64,000 bases of DNA from the NCBI GenBank assembly GCA_951406725.2, contig OX597832.1, positions 63,426,001 through 63,490,000 of the forward strand. Reading direction: 5' to 3'. Numbering within the stretch: position 1 is the stretch's first letter; every line of letters begins with the position of its first letter. The DNA comes from Octopus vulgaris. Its lineage: Eukaryota. Below, one piece after another: positions 1 to 12,624 of the stretch. Both the position numbers and the translations under genes were made by a program. Below the pieces are notes generated by a model that was not told the origin of the DNA, made no database searches, and saw only the letters and a program-made list of their open reading frames with translations.

Positions 1-1105
1 AGTTTTGAGAGCAGAAAGTAGAAAAGCAGACCAGTTGGGCAAGAAACAGTACCAACACAACAGACATCAGTTCTGCCAACCACATATTTATACATTTATT
101 TTGTCTAGACACAAGACAGGCTTTTGTATAACAATAAAGAAGAGGTGTATAGTCAATTAGGTAGATTAAAACACTCAGCAACAACTTTTAAATGAAAGAA
201 GGCATATAAGTCAAATAAAATTAGAGCAAACAAGATTAGACTTCTGCACAAAAGATGGTGGATATAGTTAACATAGAGTTAACTGAACAGGTTAGAACTT
301 CTTGAGAAAGTTGGTTGAAGAGGGCTCAAAAATGACATCATCATCATTTAGTGTCCATTTGTCCAGTCTGGCATGGGTTGGACAGTTTGACTCAGACCCA
401 GTAAGCTGAGGGGCTGTACTAGACACCAGTCTGCTTTGGCATGGTTTCTATGATTGGATGCCTTTCCTAATGCCAACCACTCCGAAAGTGTAATGGGTGT
501 TTTTATATGCCATTTGCGTGACACCAGTATCTGCTACTAGAATTTCCTTTTGTTTGATGGATCTTATTTCTCAAGAACAGCATATTGCCAAAGGTCTCGG
601 TACCTGTAGTAGATAAACCAGGTAACACTGATAAAGCATATAAGTAGTGAAGTAGTATGTAACTACCTCCTGGCCTCTTGACTACATGTAACAGTTATAA
701 ATGAGTGACACTGTCATGTCTGCCTCAACAAAATCCCCCCCAAGCCCTGCAAGCATGGAAAAGCAGGAATTAAGATGATGATCTGTACACGATGGGCGTC
801 TTTCAGTTTCCATCAACCAAGTCCACTAACAAGACTTTGGTCAACACAAAGTGTCAAACAAGGAAACTGAACCCAGGACCATGTGGTTAGGAAGCAAACA
901 TCTCAACCACACAATTGTGGTTGCACTCATTGCTTAACTGTTCTCTCAAGAAAAGTTAACCCGAGTTAACGAACAACTACATTAAAAATAATTAGCATCA
1001 ATGATGCCAATGACAGCACTTCCACATGGTCACATAATCTGCTCGAAATAGCTGTCAGATCTCCCCTCCCCCAAATGACATCCTGCTGGCTCTAAAAAGA
1101 ATATA

Positions 1106-2417
1106 CAAAGACATGACAGAAGTAAATAGACACCCCATAAACCATTGTCTTATGTTTATTCTAACTTGTAAGGTTTATATTTTTTTTAATTGACTGACAT
1201 TTTTATGATTCAGGTTCTATATGTGACTGTTTAATCATGCCTTCTACAAAAGAGGCCTTGGAACTGAATTTCAAAGAGGCCATATTATGGGTCATTTCGA
1301 AGGTAGACAGCATGAAATTGCCGAAAACCTTGAGACCCTGCATTCTACAGTTAATAGGGTGACTGTGCAATTCACCAGAGAGGGGAAGGAGTTCACATCA
1401 CCTCACCCAGGTTGACCAAGGCTCTCTGACAGGACCCTTCTCTTTATTAACAGAAGTGTGGAGGATAATCCTTGTTGCAAGGCCTCAGACATAGAAGAAC
1501 ACATTGATGGAAGTCCCAGAACAGCTGTCAGGTATCTCCACAAACTTGGTTACTATGGCAGAGCAGCAAGAAGGAAGCCACTTCTTCAACCAGCCAACAT
1601 CAAGCAGAGAAAAGATTATGCCAGTGAGATGGTGGAAAGACCACTGGCATCTTAGGACACTGTCATATCCTCTGATGTGTCCAGATTTGTTGTATTTCCT
1701 GATCAAGAATGTGATGTGAAAAGATTGCATCCAACAATGAAATACGGCAGCTATTCTGTGATGGTTTGGGGAGCAATTTGGAGCAATGGTTGATCAGAGC
1801 TGGTGGAGTGTGAAGGAAACATAAACTCAGATAAATATACACATATTTATCTGAGTTTATGTTTCCTTCACACTCCACCAGCTCTGATCAACCATTGCTC
1901 CAAATTGCTCCCCAAACCATCACAGAATAGCTGCCGTATTTCATTGCAGAAAGGACTCCTTCCAATCTTCTCCAGTGGTGAAATGGATTAAAGAAGACTC
2001 TTTATTTATGGAAGATGGGGCTCCTTGTCAAATGACTAAAATGACTCAAGATTTGTTGGATAAGAATGGTATTAAAAAACTTCCATGGCCAAGCCAGTCA
2101 CCAAATATGAACCCTACTGAACACTTCTGAGACATAATGGACAGGACACTTCATAAAAAGAACAAGAAAGCATCTTCAAAGCCAGATCTTTTGAGATTAC
2201 TGCATGAAACTTGACAAGAATTACCACAACAGAATATTTGTCATCTGATCAGTAACATGACTAACAGGATCCTTGTGTTAAAAAATGCAAAGGGCATATC
2301 TACTAAATATTAAATATTCACATTATAACAATTAATATATAATTTGAATGTATTATTTCAGATTTAAAGAAATTTTAATGATTATTAGGGTGTCTATTTA
2401 CTTCTGTCATATCTGTG
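1106..2417 (+). mobile_element. Decayed Tc1-family DNA transposon (~1.3 kb)
   Basis: 30-bp TIRs (ca(a/c)aga(c/t)atgacagaagtaaatagacaccc) at 1106-1135 and 2388-2417, TA on the left. Transposase remnants from ATG 1237 to TKY* 2313: GRAARRKPLL, VMVWGAI, FMEDGAP, WPSQSPNMNPTE, with stops and frameshifts. Confidence 0.9.
1735..1946. repeat. Perfect 104-bp inverted duplication (4-nt loop) inside the Tc1 transposase
   Basis: 1735-1838 is the reverse complement of 1843-1946. ORFs 1663..1878(-) and 1803..1991(+) both start MECEGNINSDKY. Confidence 0.93.
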
Positions 2418-2525
2418 CATATACTGAATAATGTAGTCTAAGATTTTTTTTTGTCAAATTAGAAAAAAAAATGAGATTACCATGGTTGGATTGCCTTTGT
2501 TCAAAGATCTAAAAGTGCACCTTAC

Positions 2526-2624
2526 CTTTGCTCCCATCACGGCAACTTCAGCTGTTGGCCAGGCATAGTTCATATCTCCTCGTAAATGTTTGGAGCTCAT
2601 CACATCATATGCTCCTCCATAAGC
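2526..2624 (-). CDS. PCCB: PCCB coding exon ([33 protein letters not shown]), 99 nt
   Basis: ttcag acceptor and gtaag donor; contained in ORF 2454..2639(-). The remaining 3' exons fall beyond position 1. Confidence 0.97.
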
Positions 2625-2709
2625 CTGAATGGAAAGCAAAAAGAAACATTAATGTTAAGCAAAGAGGGAAAGAAAATGTGTGTGTGCATGTATGAAAGAG
2701 AGAATCAGC

Positions 2710-3070
2710 ATCATCACCATCATCATCACTATCATCATCATTTAATGTCTGTTGTCCATGCTGGCATGGGTTGGACAGTTTGACTGGGCTGGCACGCTGG
2801 ATGGCTACAGCAGACTCCAGCCTAATTTGGCATGGTTTTCTATGGCTGGATGATCCCTCCCCAATGCCAACCACTCTGATATTGTAATGGGTACTTTAAC
2901 ATGCCACCGGCACAGGGGCCATTTGTGTGACACCAATATCTGCCACAACTGCAATTTTGTTCGGCTTCATGGGTCTTCTTCTCAAGCATGACATAATGCC
3001 AAAGGTCTTGGTCATTGCCTCTCCGAGGCCCAACGCTCAAAAGGAACTCAGCCACTTTGCCTCCGTGAGC
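2710..3070 (-). mobile_element. Abundant (GAT)n-tailed SINE-like retroelement, representative copy
   Basis: Family sense strand (consensus read across copies): ...ggttggcattaggaagggcatccagctgtagaaa...ccaacccatgccagcatgga...gatgatgat. Other copies near 336, 3868, 4575, 10970, 13148, 17995, 19255, 19732, 20840, 24610, 28570, 37135, 38372, 47080, 52433 and 61135, in both orientations. Confidence 0.8.
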
Positions 3071-6000
3071 CCAGAGAAAATGTAAGAGAGAGAGAGAGAG
3101 TATGTGATAGAGAGAAAGAAAGGGAATGTGTGCAAGAGAGAGAGAGAAAGAGAGAAAGAGAGAAAGTGGGCATGATTTTCTTCTTAATTTCATTTTTTGA
3201 GTAAATGTTCTGAAGCCTCATATTCATTACAAACACTGATCTTCGAAGTTAATCCAGTGAGTGTTTTGATTACACATTATCAAACACTGAACCAAGCAAT
3301 TCATTCATAACATTTCCTAGTATAATTCTACACTTTATAATGCACCGATGTTAACAGTTATTTCATTCAGAATGTTTTCATACAAAATGATGCAACAAAT
3401 TATAAAACATCAACCTTAGCAACTAATTTATTCATGTTTTGAATACCTTTTTTTTTATGAAGTATTTCATAAATCTCAAAAACAACTCTGACGATTAGAT
3501 TAATATTACACACACACAAATTAAATGCACTCTATGACCTAATTAGAAATGCATACTCGTGGAATGCAATAGATGCAAGGTTCAAGTCATATCAGACAGC
3601 TTGTTGTTCAGATTTCCTTGTTTTATGCCAATGCCTCAGAATGCCCACCTACCACTGAAACTAGTAATGTTTATGCAATGTTTCTGTGTGTGTGTGTGCA
3701 CGCACACACGCATGTGTGTGTGCATAAAAGGCATTTATCAAAAGAAAGAGATTTTTAAAGAATGTAATATATAAATTTCAAGAATGTATCCCCAAAACAA
3801 TTGGCTTTCCAAGAAAATCTGCCTGACTTTATTCATAAGAGAGTCTATAAAACTGCCACCATTATTTGTCATCATCATCGTCATTTAACGTCCGTTTTCC
3901 ATGCTGGCATGGGCTGGATGGTTCGACTGGGGTCTGGGAAGCCAGGAGACTGCACCACACCCCAATCTGATCTGGTAGTGTTTCTACAGCTGGATGCTCT
4001 TCCTAATGCCAACCACTCCAAGAGTGTAGTGGGTGCTTTTTACATGCTACTGGCACAGGGGCCAGAGGAGCTGGCAACGACCAGCTTAAAAGGTCACTAA
4101 TGGGGTGTGGCTGTGAGTTTTTAGTGTGAGTATTTGATCTGGAAAGCTACAATGAATCATGCAGGAATAACTAACCTTAACATTATATGACTTGAATTTA
4201 TGGTATTTAGGTATGGGTAGGGAAAGGTGTCTGACTGGAGTTAGGAAATTCTGGCCTAGTTTCATGGTGATTCGCAGGTTGTACAATTGATTAAACAACT
4301 TGCCTCTTTCTGATTTTACTCTGCTATGCAGTGGGTGAGAAGCTATGATTGCTGTGAATGTATTAGAAGGGCAGTTAGAAGTAAGGGCATCCTTGTAAGG
4401 AATTTTTACAAATTTTTGAGAAGCTCCCTAGAAGTAGTGACAGCTACTGTTATTTAGGTTACTTAATAACAGTTGAAGTGGGTGCTGTGAAAGCACAGTG
4501 GCCAGAATGAGGATCGAGTGGAAAAAAGAGCAATAAAAGATTCTGTCTGAGTGAAAAGTAAGTTCTATAATGCGTCATCATCATTTAATGTCTGTTGACC
4601 ATGCTGGCATGAGTTGGACAGTTTGACCAGAGCTGGTAAGCTGGAAGGCTGTACCAGGTTCCATTCTGATTTGCCATGGTTTCTATGACTGGATGTCCTT
4701 CATTTTTTTGTGCCACCAGCACAGGTGCCATTTGCATGACACCAGCATCTGTCACAACTACAATTTCATTTGGCTTGATGGGTCTTCTTCTCAAGCACAG
4801 CATAATGCCAAAGGTCTCAGTATTATGCTGAGTTAGTGTATGAAGTGAGACCACTCATGGAGTTAAGCATGGCTATAAGGCATAGGTACGGAATGCAAAG
4901 GATCTTGGAAAGCTGGAAAGAAATGAGGCAAGCATATGCTGCTGGATGTGTACATGAACAACAGAGCACAAATAAGCTGAGAGAATAAATAACTGAGCAT
5001 AAGAGATATCAGGAAGAAGGAAAACTGAGCTGAACCTGTGACATGTATGATGGATGAATATTTGATATAGAAATACCAACTGATATGAGGGGAAGAAACT
5101 TGTGGATGAGAAGGACAAAGAAAGACATGAGAACAAGTGGTGAAAGATGATTTCAGAAGGCTAAAACTCATGAAGGAGATGACGAAAGAGCACAAGAAAT
5201 GGTGATAATGTGCTGGGGAAGACTAGTTTTAATAAACATGGAAAAATAGACAAACTGATAACAATGATAATGAGAATGATGATAGTGATGTTGATGATGA
5301 TGGTGATGATGATGGCGATGATGAGCAACAAAAAAGTTTAATGTAATGCAATAAAACAAGAATTTTAAAACTTTCTGTTTTAAACACCTTATTATGAAAC
5401 AACTTAGTTTATATTTTCCCAGGAATCCCTTGAGAAGCCTAAAAGCAAACTGAAATGTTAAATAATAAATACATGACGGTAACAGAATCTTAATGAGAAT
5501 AATAAAATTCTAATAAAATCAACAACAGCTAAAAGTAAAATTACAGATAACCTATATTATATATTCCATTCTTGTAGATATTTTTGGCAAGTAATTTGAT
5601 CTGGAATAATGCATTGAAATAGCTACTGTTAGTAGTCCTATATTCAATTTATTAATAGTATGATCCAAATAATTACTTATCCTAACATGTAACAATGATT
5701 ACTGCTAGAATAGTGAAAGATGAAATGGTAATAATGGCTGTGAAAATCTGTGAATTGAATGTCCCTGTGCAGAATTGGGCCCAGTACTATATTTTGTATG
5801 CTCAGTACTTATTCTATTGAGCTCTTTTTGCCAAACCACTAAGTTACAGGAACATAAACAAATCAATACCAGTTGTCGAGCAGTAGTGGACAAACACAAA
5901 GACACAAACACACACAATAGGCTTCCACACAGTTTCCTTCCACCAAATCCCCTTCACAATGCTTTGGTCAGCCTGGGGCAATAGTGGAAGACACATGCCC

Positions 6001-6213
6001 AAAGTGCCGTGAGGTGGGACTGAACCTGGAACCACAAGGCTGGGAAGCAAGCTTCTTACCATACAGCCACACCTGCACCTAAGACTGACATCCAACATCC
6101 CAAAATCAGTTTTCCACATTTCTGCTCAGGTCTTCCTCGTCTGTAGTTTCCTTCCACCTGGATCTCCTGGCACTTCTTTACTCATCTGTTATGCATTACA
6201 TATCAACACCAAT

Positions 6214-6466
6214 TGTTGTACGGGGAATCTGTACACCCCTATAATTAGCTAAGTGAACTATACTGGTTAGTATAAATGTGCAGAATAGTCTGGGAAGACT
6301 GCCATATGCGGTGCAGTTGTAGTGTACAGGCCGAAGGGATTATTGAAGAGGGATATCATAGAGTACTTGTTGAAGATACACAGTTGGAGAGTAATAAGAA
6401 AGCTTCAGGAACGTTTAATATTATAATACTTTAGATATAACAGTGACAATGAGAAGTCGTACATCA
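6214..6466 (+). mobile_element. Possible solo LTR
   Basis: TG...CA termini with an imperfect inverted repeat (tgttgtacg / cgtacatca), internal tataaat, and caccaat repeated on both sides (6207-6213, 6470-6476). Confidence 0.35.
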
Positions 6467-6907
6467 TTTCACCAATGCAGTCATCTCTCTTGCACACTAC
6501 ACAAGATACATCTTATGCCCATATTATCACTCGGTTCATCTGTACCATCATACACTCTAACATTACACATCCAATAAAGTGTGTTCATTTTATTTTTCTT
6601 CAACCTCAGAACATTTCCAGCATTCATTACCCATTTCTCACTGCCTGGCAGCATCACAGTTCATACAGAAACAATGCAGTCTGCTCAACCAGGCTTTGTT
6701 CCAAAAGAGAACTGCTCTGTCTCCAGAGGTAACAGCTCCTTCAACTTCTTCCACACTGTTCTTAACTTCTGTTTGTATATATTACTTCTTTTCAGTCATT
6801 GGACAGCAGCTATGCTAGGGCACCGTCCTAAAGAGTTTTAGTTGAACAGATCAACCCCTGGTACCTACGTTTTTTTTTTTTATTTTTATTTTTTGTCAAG
6901 TCTGGTT

Positions 6908-7382
6908 AAAGATGAGAGGAAGGGTCTATAAGAGTAGTGTGAGAGCTGCAAGACATTGTGTTTGAGGGAGAGAGAGATGGCAAATTTGAGAAGGACTGAG
7001 AGAACAATGGTGAGAGAAATGTGTGGTGTGAAGCTGTTTGATAAGAGGAGGACTGAGGACTTGATGGCAATGCTGAGGTTGGAGGAATCATTGGAATGGC
7101 TGGTAAGGGCGAATGGTGTGAGGTGGTATGGGAATGTGTTGAGGAGAGATGGGGAGCATGTTCTGAAGAGAGCGATTGCGTCTGAGGTAAATGGAGCGCG
7201 AAAGCAAAGTAGACCGAGGAAAAGGTGGAGGAGGAGATTGGGAAGGTTGGTTTGAAAAAGAAGGATGCCCAAAACCGGGCAAGATGGTGTGAGGGCGGGT
7301 GCTATGGCGTTAAGGTGGATCCAGCCACCCCCGTTAATGGGAATAAAACCCGGATTTAAAAGTCTAGATGATGATGATGATG
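6908..7382 (+). mobile_element. RTE-clade LINE 3' fragment inserted in a SINE
   Basis: ORF 6956..7255 (LRRTERTMVREMCGV...VRWYGNVLRR...RPRKRW) is a typical RTE ORF C-terminus; the fragment ends in (GAT)n. Confidence 0.85.
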
Positions 7383-7634
7383 GTACTTTTTCTATCAGTC
7401 TCTTTTGAAAAGAGCCACTAAGTTATGGGGATGTAAAGAAACTAACACCAATTATCAAGAAGGGGTGGGGGGGCTAAACACAAACACACACAGGCTTCCA
7501 CAGAGCTTTTAGCTACCAGATCCACTCACAAGACATTGGTCAGCCCAAGAGTAATAGAAGACACTTGCCCAAGGAGTCACACAGTGGAGATGAACTTGAA
7601 ACCACATCATTGCAAAATGAGTTTCTTAATATAG

Positions 7635-8021
7635 GTGTAGGAGTGGCTGTGTGGTAAGTAGCTTGCTTACCAACCACGTGGTTCTGGGTTCAGTCCCACA
7701 GCGTGACACCTTGGGCAAGTGTTTTCTACTATAGCCTCGAGCCGACCAAAACCTTGTGAGTGGATTTGGTAGATGGAAACTGAAAGAAGCCCATCGTATA
7801 TATGTATATATATATGTATGTGTGTGTATATGTTTGTGTGTCTGTGTTTGTCCCCCCCAACATTGCTTGACAACTGATGCTGGTGTGTATGCGTCCCTGT
7901 AACTTAGCGGTTCGGCAAAAGAGATCGATAGAATAAGTACTAGGCTTACAAAGAATAAGTCCTGGGGCCGATTTGTTCAACTAAATACGGTGCTCTAGCA
8001 TGGCCACGGTCAAATGACTGA
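7635..8021 (+). mobile_element. tRNA-derived SINE family A (~400 bp, internal (TA/TG)n)
   Basis: Head tggctgtgtggtaag (A box) ... ggttcagtccc (B box); conserved body and ...aaatgactgaa tail. Confidence 0.88.
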
Positions 8022-8184
8022 ACCACAGCCATATCAGCACATAGTAAAACATTTTTTTAAAAAAACTAATAAACAGAAAGAAGCTCCATCATGCTATAAT
8101 ACATTCCATAACTAATTTTGTTTTAAATGTTAAGAAAGAACACAAAAAGGAAAAAATAAAATACATATAGTCTTTGCTGGTTAC

Positions 8185-8285
8185 CTTTCGGGTGATCACA
8201 GTTACTTTAGGAACGGTTGCTTCAGCAAAAGCATAAAGAAGCTTTGCTCCATGACGAATTATTCCACCATATTCTTGACTTGTGC
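8185..8285 (-). CDS. PCCB: PCCB coding exon ([33 protein letters not shown]), 101 nt
   Basis: tttcag acceptor and gtaac donor; translated by hand from the reverse complement (not in the ORF track); near-identical to the conserved PCCB segment. Confidence 0.96.
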
Positions 8286-8375
8286 CTGAAATTAAAAGGA
8301 TTTGTGACTTTTAGAACAGAAACAATATTTAGGTACATCTACCTGATGATGATAAATATATATATATATATACAG

Positions 8376-8549
8376 GTGCAGGGGTGGTTGTGTGGTAAGA
8401 AGCTTGCTTCCCAACCACATGATTCCAGGTTCAATTCCACTGCATGGCACCTTGGGCAAGTGTCTTCTACTATAGCCTCAGGCCGACCAAAGCCTTGTGA
8501 GTGGATTTGGTAGATGGAAACTGGAAGAAACCCATCTTGCATGTGTGTG

Positions 8550-8582
<33 letters not shown>

Positions 8583-8800
8583 TTGTGTGTGTTTATCCCC
8601 ACCTCCACCGGTCATCGCTTGACAATCGATGCTGGTGTGTTTATATCCCTGTAATGTAGCAGTTCAGCAAAAGAGACCGATAGAATAAGTACGAGGCTTA
8701 CAAAGAATAAGTTTTGGGATCAATTTCTTCAATTAATACTCTTTAAGGCAGTACCCCAGCATGGCCACAGTCAAATGACTAAAACAAGTAAAAGAATAAA
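8376..8800 (+). mobile_element. tRNA-derived SINE family A
   Basis: Same consensus as the copy at 7635-8021. Confidence 0.85.
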
Positions 8801-8801
8801 A

Positions 8802-8842
<41 letters not shown>

Positions 8843-9277
8843 TACATATATATACAACCATCTTAATACCCACTTCTTCTCTATGTTCACATGGGTTGGA
8901 CAGAAGTTGTTGAGAGAGATTTTCTATGGCCTGATGCCCTTCTTGTCACCACCCTTCACCTGTTTCTAAGTATAGAAATATTTCCCCAGGACCAGACGTG
9001 TTTTTCATGTAAGACTGAAAATGAAGGACACAGCTCGTTGACAGTGACACTCGTTGACAACTATTATGCAATGGTCAAGGCAAGGAGACAGTAACACACA
9101 TACACACAATGGCCATCCACTGACAAGGTTTTAGTTGGCCAAGGACAGAGTAGAAAACTCTTGTCCAAGGTGCCACACACGAAGACAGGATCCAAAACCA
9201 TGTGGTTGGGAAAGTAAACATCTTACCACACAACCAAGCCTGAGCACATTATATATGTGTGTGTGTGTGTGTGTGTG

Positions 9278-9612
9278 AAGGTGCATGGCTCAGTGGTTAG
9301 AACATCAAGCTTACGATCATGAGATTGTGAGTTCGATTCCTGGACTGGGCTGTGTGTTGTGTTCTTGAGCAAGACACTTTATTTTGTGTTACTCCAGTTA
9401 ACTCAGCTGTAGAAGCAAGTTACGATGTCACTGGTGCCAAGCTGTATCGGCCCCTTTGCCTTTCCCTTGGATAACATCAGTGGTGTGGAGAGGAGAGGCT
9501 GGTATGCAAGGGTGACTGATGGCCTTCCACAAACAACCTTGCCTGGACTTGTGCCTCAGAGGGTAACTTTCTAGGTGCAATCCTATGGTCATTCATGACC
9601 GAAGGGGATCCT
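9278..9612 (+). mobile_element. tRNA-derived SINE family D
   Basis: tggctcagtggttag (A box), gagttcgattcc (B box), gtgttcttgagcaagacacttt core. Related copies at 16228-16560 and 50728-51100, each next to (TG)n. Confidence 0.8.
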
Positions 9613-9651
<39 letters not shown>

Positions 9652-11176
9652 CTCATAGGACAGCAAAAGTAAGGATTGCATCCTTTGTAGCAAAGTAAAT
9701 TGCTGAGAGAAACAAGTGTATGACTCAACCAAGTCTGATAAATTCTCAATAAATGCTCAACTGCTTTGAATAGCTTTGATACTGTTAACACGGATCAACT
9801 AGTTTCCGTAACTGTAAATATGATTGTCATTTAACATTATTCCAAGTGTTGAATGGTTTTAACAGGATCCAGTGACCTACAAGGTTGTGTCAAATTCCAG
9901 TGTGTCAGCTTTGCCATGATACAGCTTGAAGCCCTTCCTAAAACCAACCACTTTACAGTGGGTACTGTGAGTTTTATTTGAGCCATCACAAGATTAAGAA
10001 GGTAGTATCTGAGTGGGGAAGATGGCTTTATGCCAAGTGTCGAAAAACTAAGGCAGGAGAGAGAGAGAAAGACAAACTATTGACTTTAGCTTAAACAACC
10101 TGTCTATACACACACACACACACACACACAATTCAAATTGTTACAGGCTGTTTTGTTTACTATTAATCCATATGAGATCAAGTAGTACCAGTTATATTAT
10201 ACCCTTCCCCACCAGTTTATAACCTTGTACCTACAGGAGAAATTACTATTGTGATCATTATCAATAAACATTTTTCTTTTTAGCATTCAAATATTTCAAA
10301 TACTGCCTTCGTTTGATTTTAATTCCACAGAGAATGCCACCCGAGTGCAGAAATATGTTTCAAATCAATGTGACCCAGTTTTATTTCACAATTGTAACCA
10401 CTACGGTTTACTTATGCCAATAATGTCATTGTGAAAAATAAGAAACAATATCCCAGTGGGGCTGATCCTACAAATTTTAAACAATGTAGCTCCACAGAGC
10501 CAGGCAGCTGAATTGAGATCGTTTTTTAAATTCTATAACTTAATAAGTATTGTGTATTAAGAGCTAATGTATGCAACATAATTTGATTTATTTATTTTTT
10601 AATTACCAATTGTGGTAGATTTATACTAGATTTATGAAATCATTATGACAAAATGTTATTGCTTGCTGATACAGGGTATGTAAAGGAAACAGTTTACTGC
10701 ACTCTGGCTAAGCTTAAAGCTACAGATGTTCTCTGTTCATTTCATAGTACCCACAGTAATTACATGCAGCCTTGAATCTCTCTGGCTGGTTAAGATGAGC
10801 TTTCACAGCAAATTCCTCAACCAATATGATCAAGCTTGCAAAGAATCATAGTATGAGCAGGAAAATAATATCTGGAACCATTTAAAATACTCAAGATCTG
10901 CCCACCACAGCAGAAATATTAATAATCCCCTGCTAGCTGAGTAGGTTTTTGCCTTGAAGGACCTACATGTTGGTCCATGTAAAAAGCACCCATGCCAGTG
11001 CCACATACAAAACACACTCTGTAAAGTGGCATTAGGAAGGGATCCAGTCATAGAAGCCAAGCCAAATCAGGCTGGAACCAGGTACAGTTCTCCAACTCTA
11101 GTCTAACTGTCTAACCTATGCCAGCATGGAGAACAAATTTATGAAAATGACTAAAAATGATTCAGACATGCCCACA

Positions 11177-11246
11177 GGCATATGGTGTAGTGGTTAAGAG
11201 TACAGGCTACTAACCCCAAGATTCTGAGTTCAATTCCAGGCAGTGA

Positions 11247-11278
<32 letters not shown>

Positions 11279-11400
11279 TCGAAAAATACCAAGTTCGAAA
11301 TTTCCTTAAGACACCTGAAGAAGGCTGGAGGATACATCAGCCGAAACATTGTGTTAACAACAAACAAGATGAGGACAAATATCAGTCAAATGTAAAAAAT
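11177..11400 (+). mobile_element. tRNA-headed SINE carrying a hammerhead ribozyme motif
   Basis: A box tggtgtagtgg (11183), B box gagttcaattcc (11226), (AAT)n, then gacac-CTGAAGA-a-ggctg..cagcc-GAAAC-att-gtgtt. Same family as 44548-45041. Confidence 0.8.
11310..11355 (+). ncRNA. Minimal type I hammerhead ribozyme motif (CpG-decayed stem III)
   Basis: Stem I gacac/gtgtt, core CUGAAGA, stem II ggctg/cagcc, GAAA. Confidence 0.65.
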
Positions 11401-11875
11401 AAAGTCATATATTTGCAGATTTTGAACAGTTACTGATGTTGCGAACAGCTGCCTGGCTGAATAAAAATCTGATATATGCAACCAAGGTAGTCATCATCAT
11501 CATCATCATTTAACATCTGTTTTCCATGCTAGCATGGGCTGGACAGTTTGACAGGGGCTGGCCAGGCAGAAGACTGCACCAGGATTCACTGTCTTGGTAG
11601 TATCTAATTAAAATAGCTCAAATTAATCATTGTAAATAAAGGGAAAATATAACATTAGGAGCTACAGAGAGCAGGTATAAATCAATGATGGTGAAACATA
11701 GAAATTAAAGAGATTTCAAAAGGATTACTCAACACAGTTGATACCTTTTGTTAAATAAATAGTGACTGAAACAGAGGAGAAAAATAGAATTTTATATAAA
11801 AACAAAAAAATTATTTCAATATCTCTGATGTTCCTAGAAGCTTATAATTAATCAGTGAACAGAATAAATCCAGTG

Positions 11876-12061
11876 GTGATAACATGTTGTCAACTTAATG
11901 TGACAGTCCCATAAAAGGGAAGAATGCTACTGTTATTTAGCCCTAGAAAACACCATTTCCTGTTGGGCTTGACACAGGAAACAGTGTTACCTAGGGCTAA
12001 ATAACAGTAGCATTCTTCCCTTTTATGGGACTTTCGCATTAAATTGACAACATGCTATCAC
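11876..12061. repeat. Long imperfect palindrome (~70-bp arms)
   Basis: gtgataacatgttgtcaa...ttatttagccctag (11876-11946) pairs with ctagggctaaataa...ttgacaacatgctatcac (11991-12061); the inner spacer also pairs partly. Confidence 0.85.
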
Positions 12062-12279
12062 TTTATCGTGCTGCTACTGCATAAATCTCTGTGAGAGATT
12101 TAGAAATATATTAAATCCAGTGGTGTTATGTGAATGAGAGATAAAAGATCTCCTGGAGAGAAAGCCGGTACATAGCTGGTAATGCTCCTAGATGATCTGA
12201 TCTTGACAGCTCAGCTAACATGAGGTGTGCAGAACTGAATGCAGTACAACAAAATTAAGTTGATTGAGACTTGAAGCTA

Positions 12280-12624
<345 letters not shown>

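Noticed and set aside
4863-5300. ORFs 4863..5195(-) and neighbours
   Set aside because: The plus strand resembles a heavily decayed RTE LINE 3' end with a (GAT)n tail; not a host gene.
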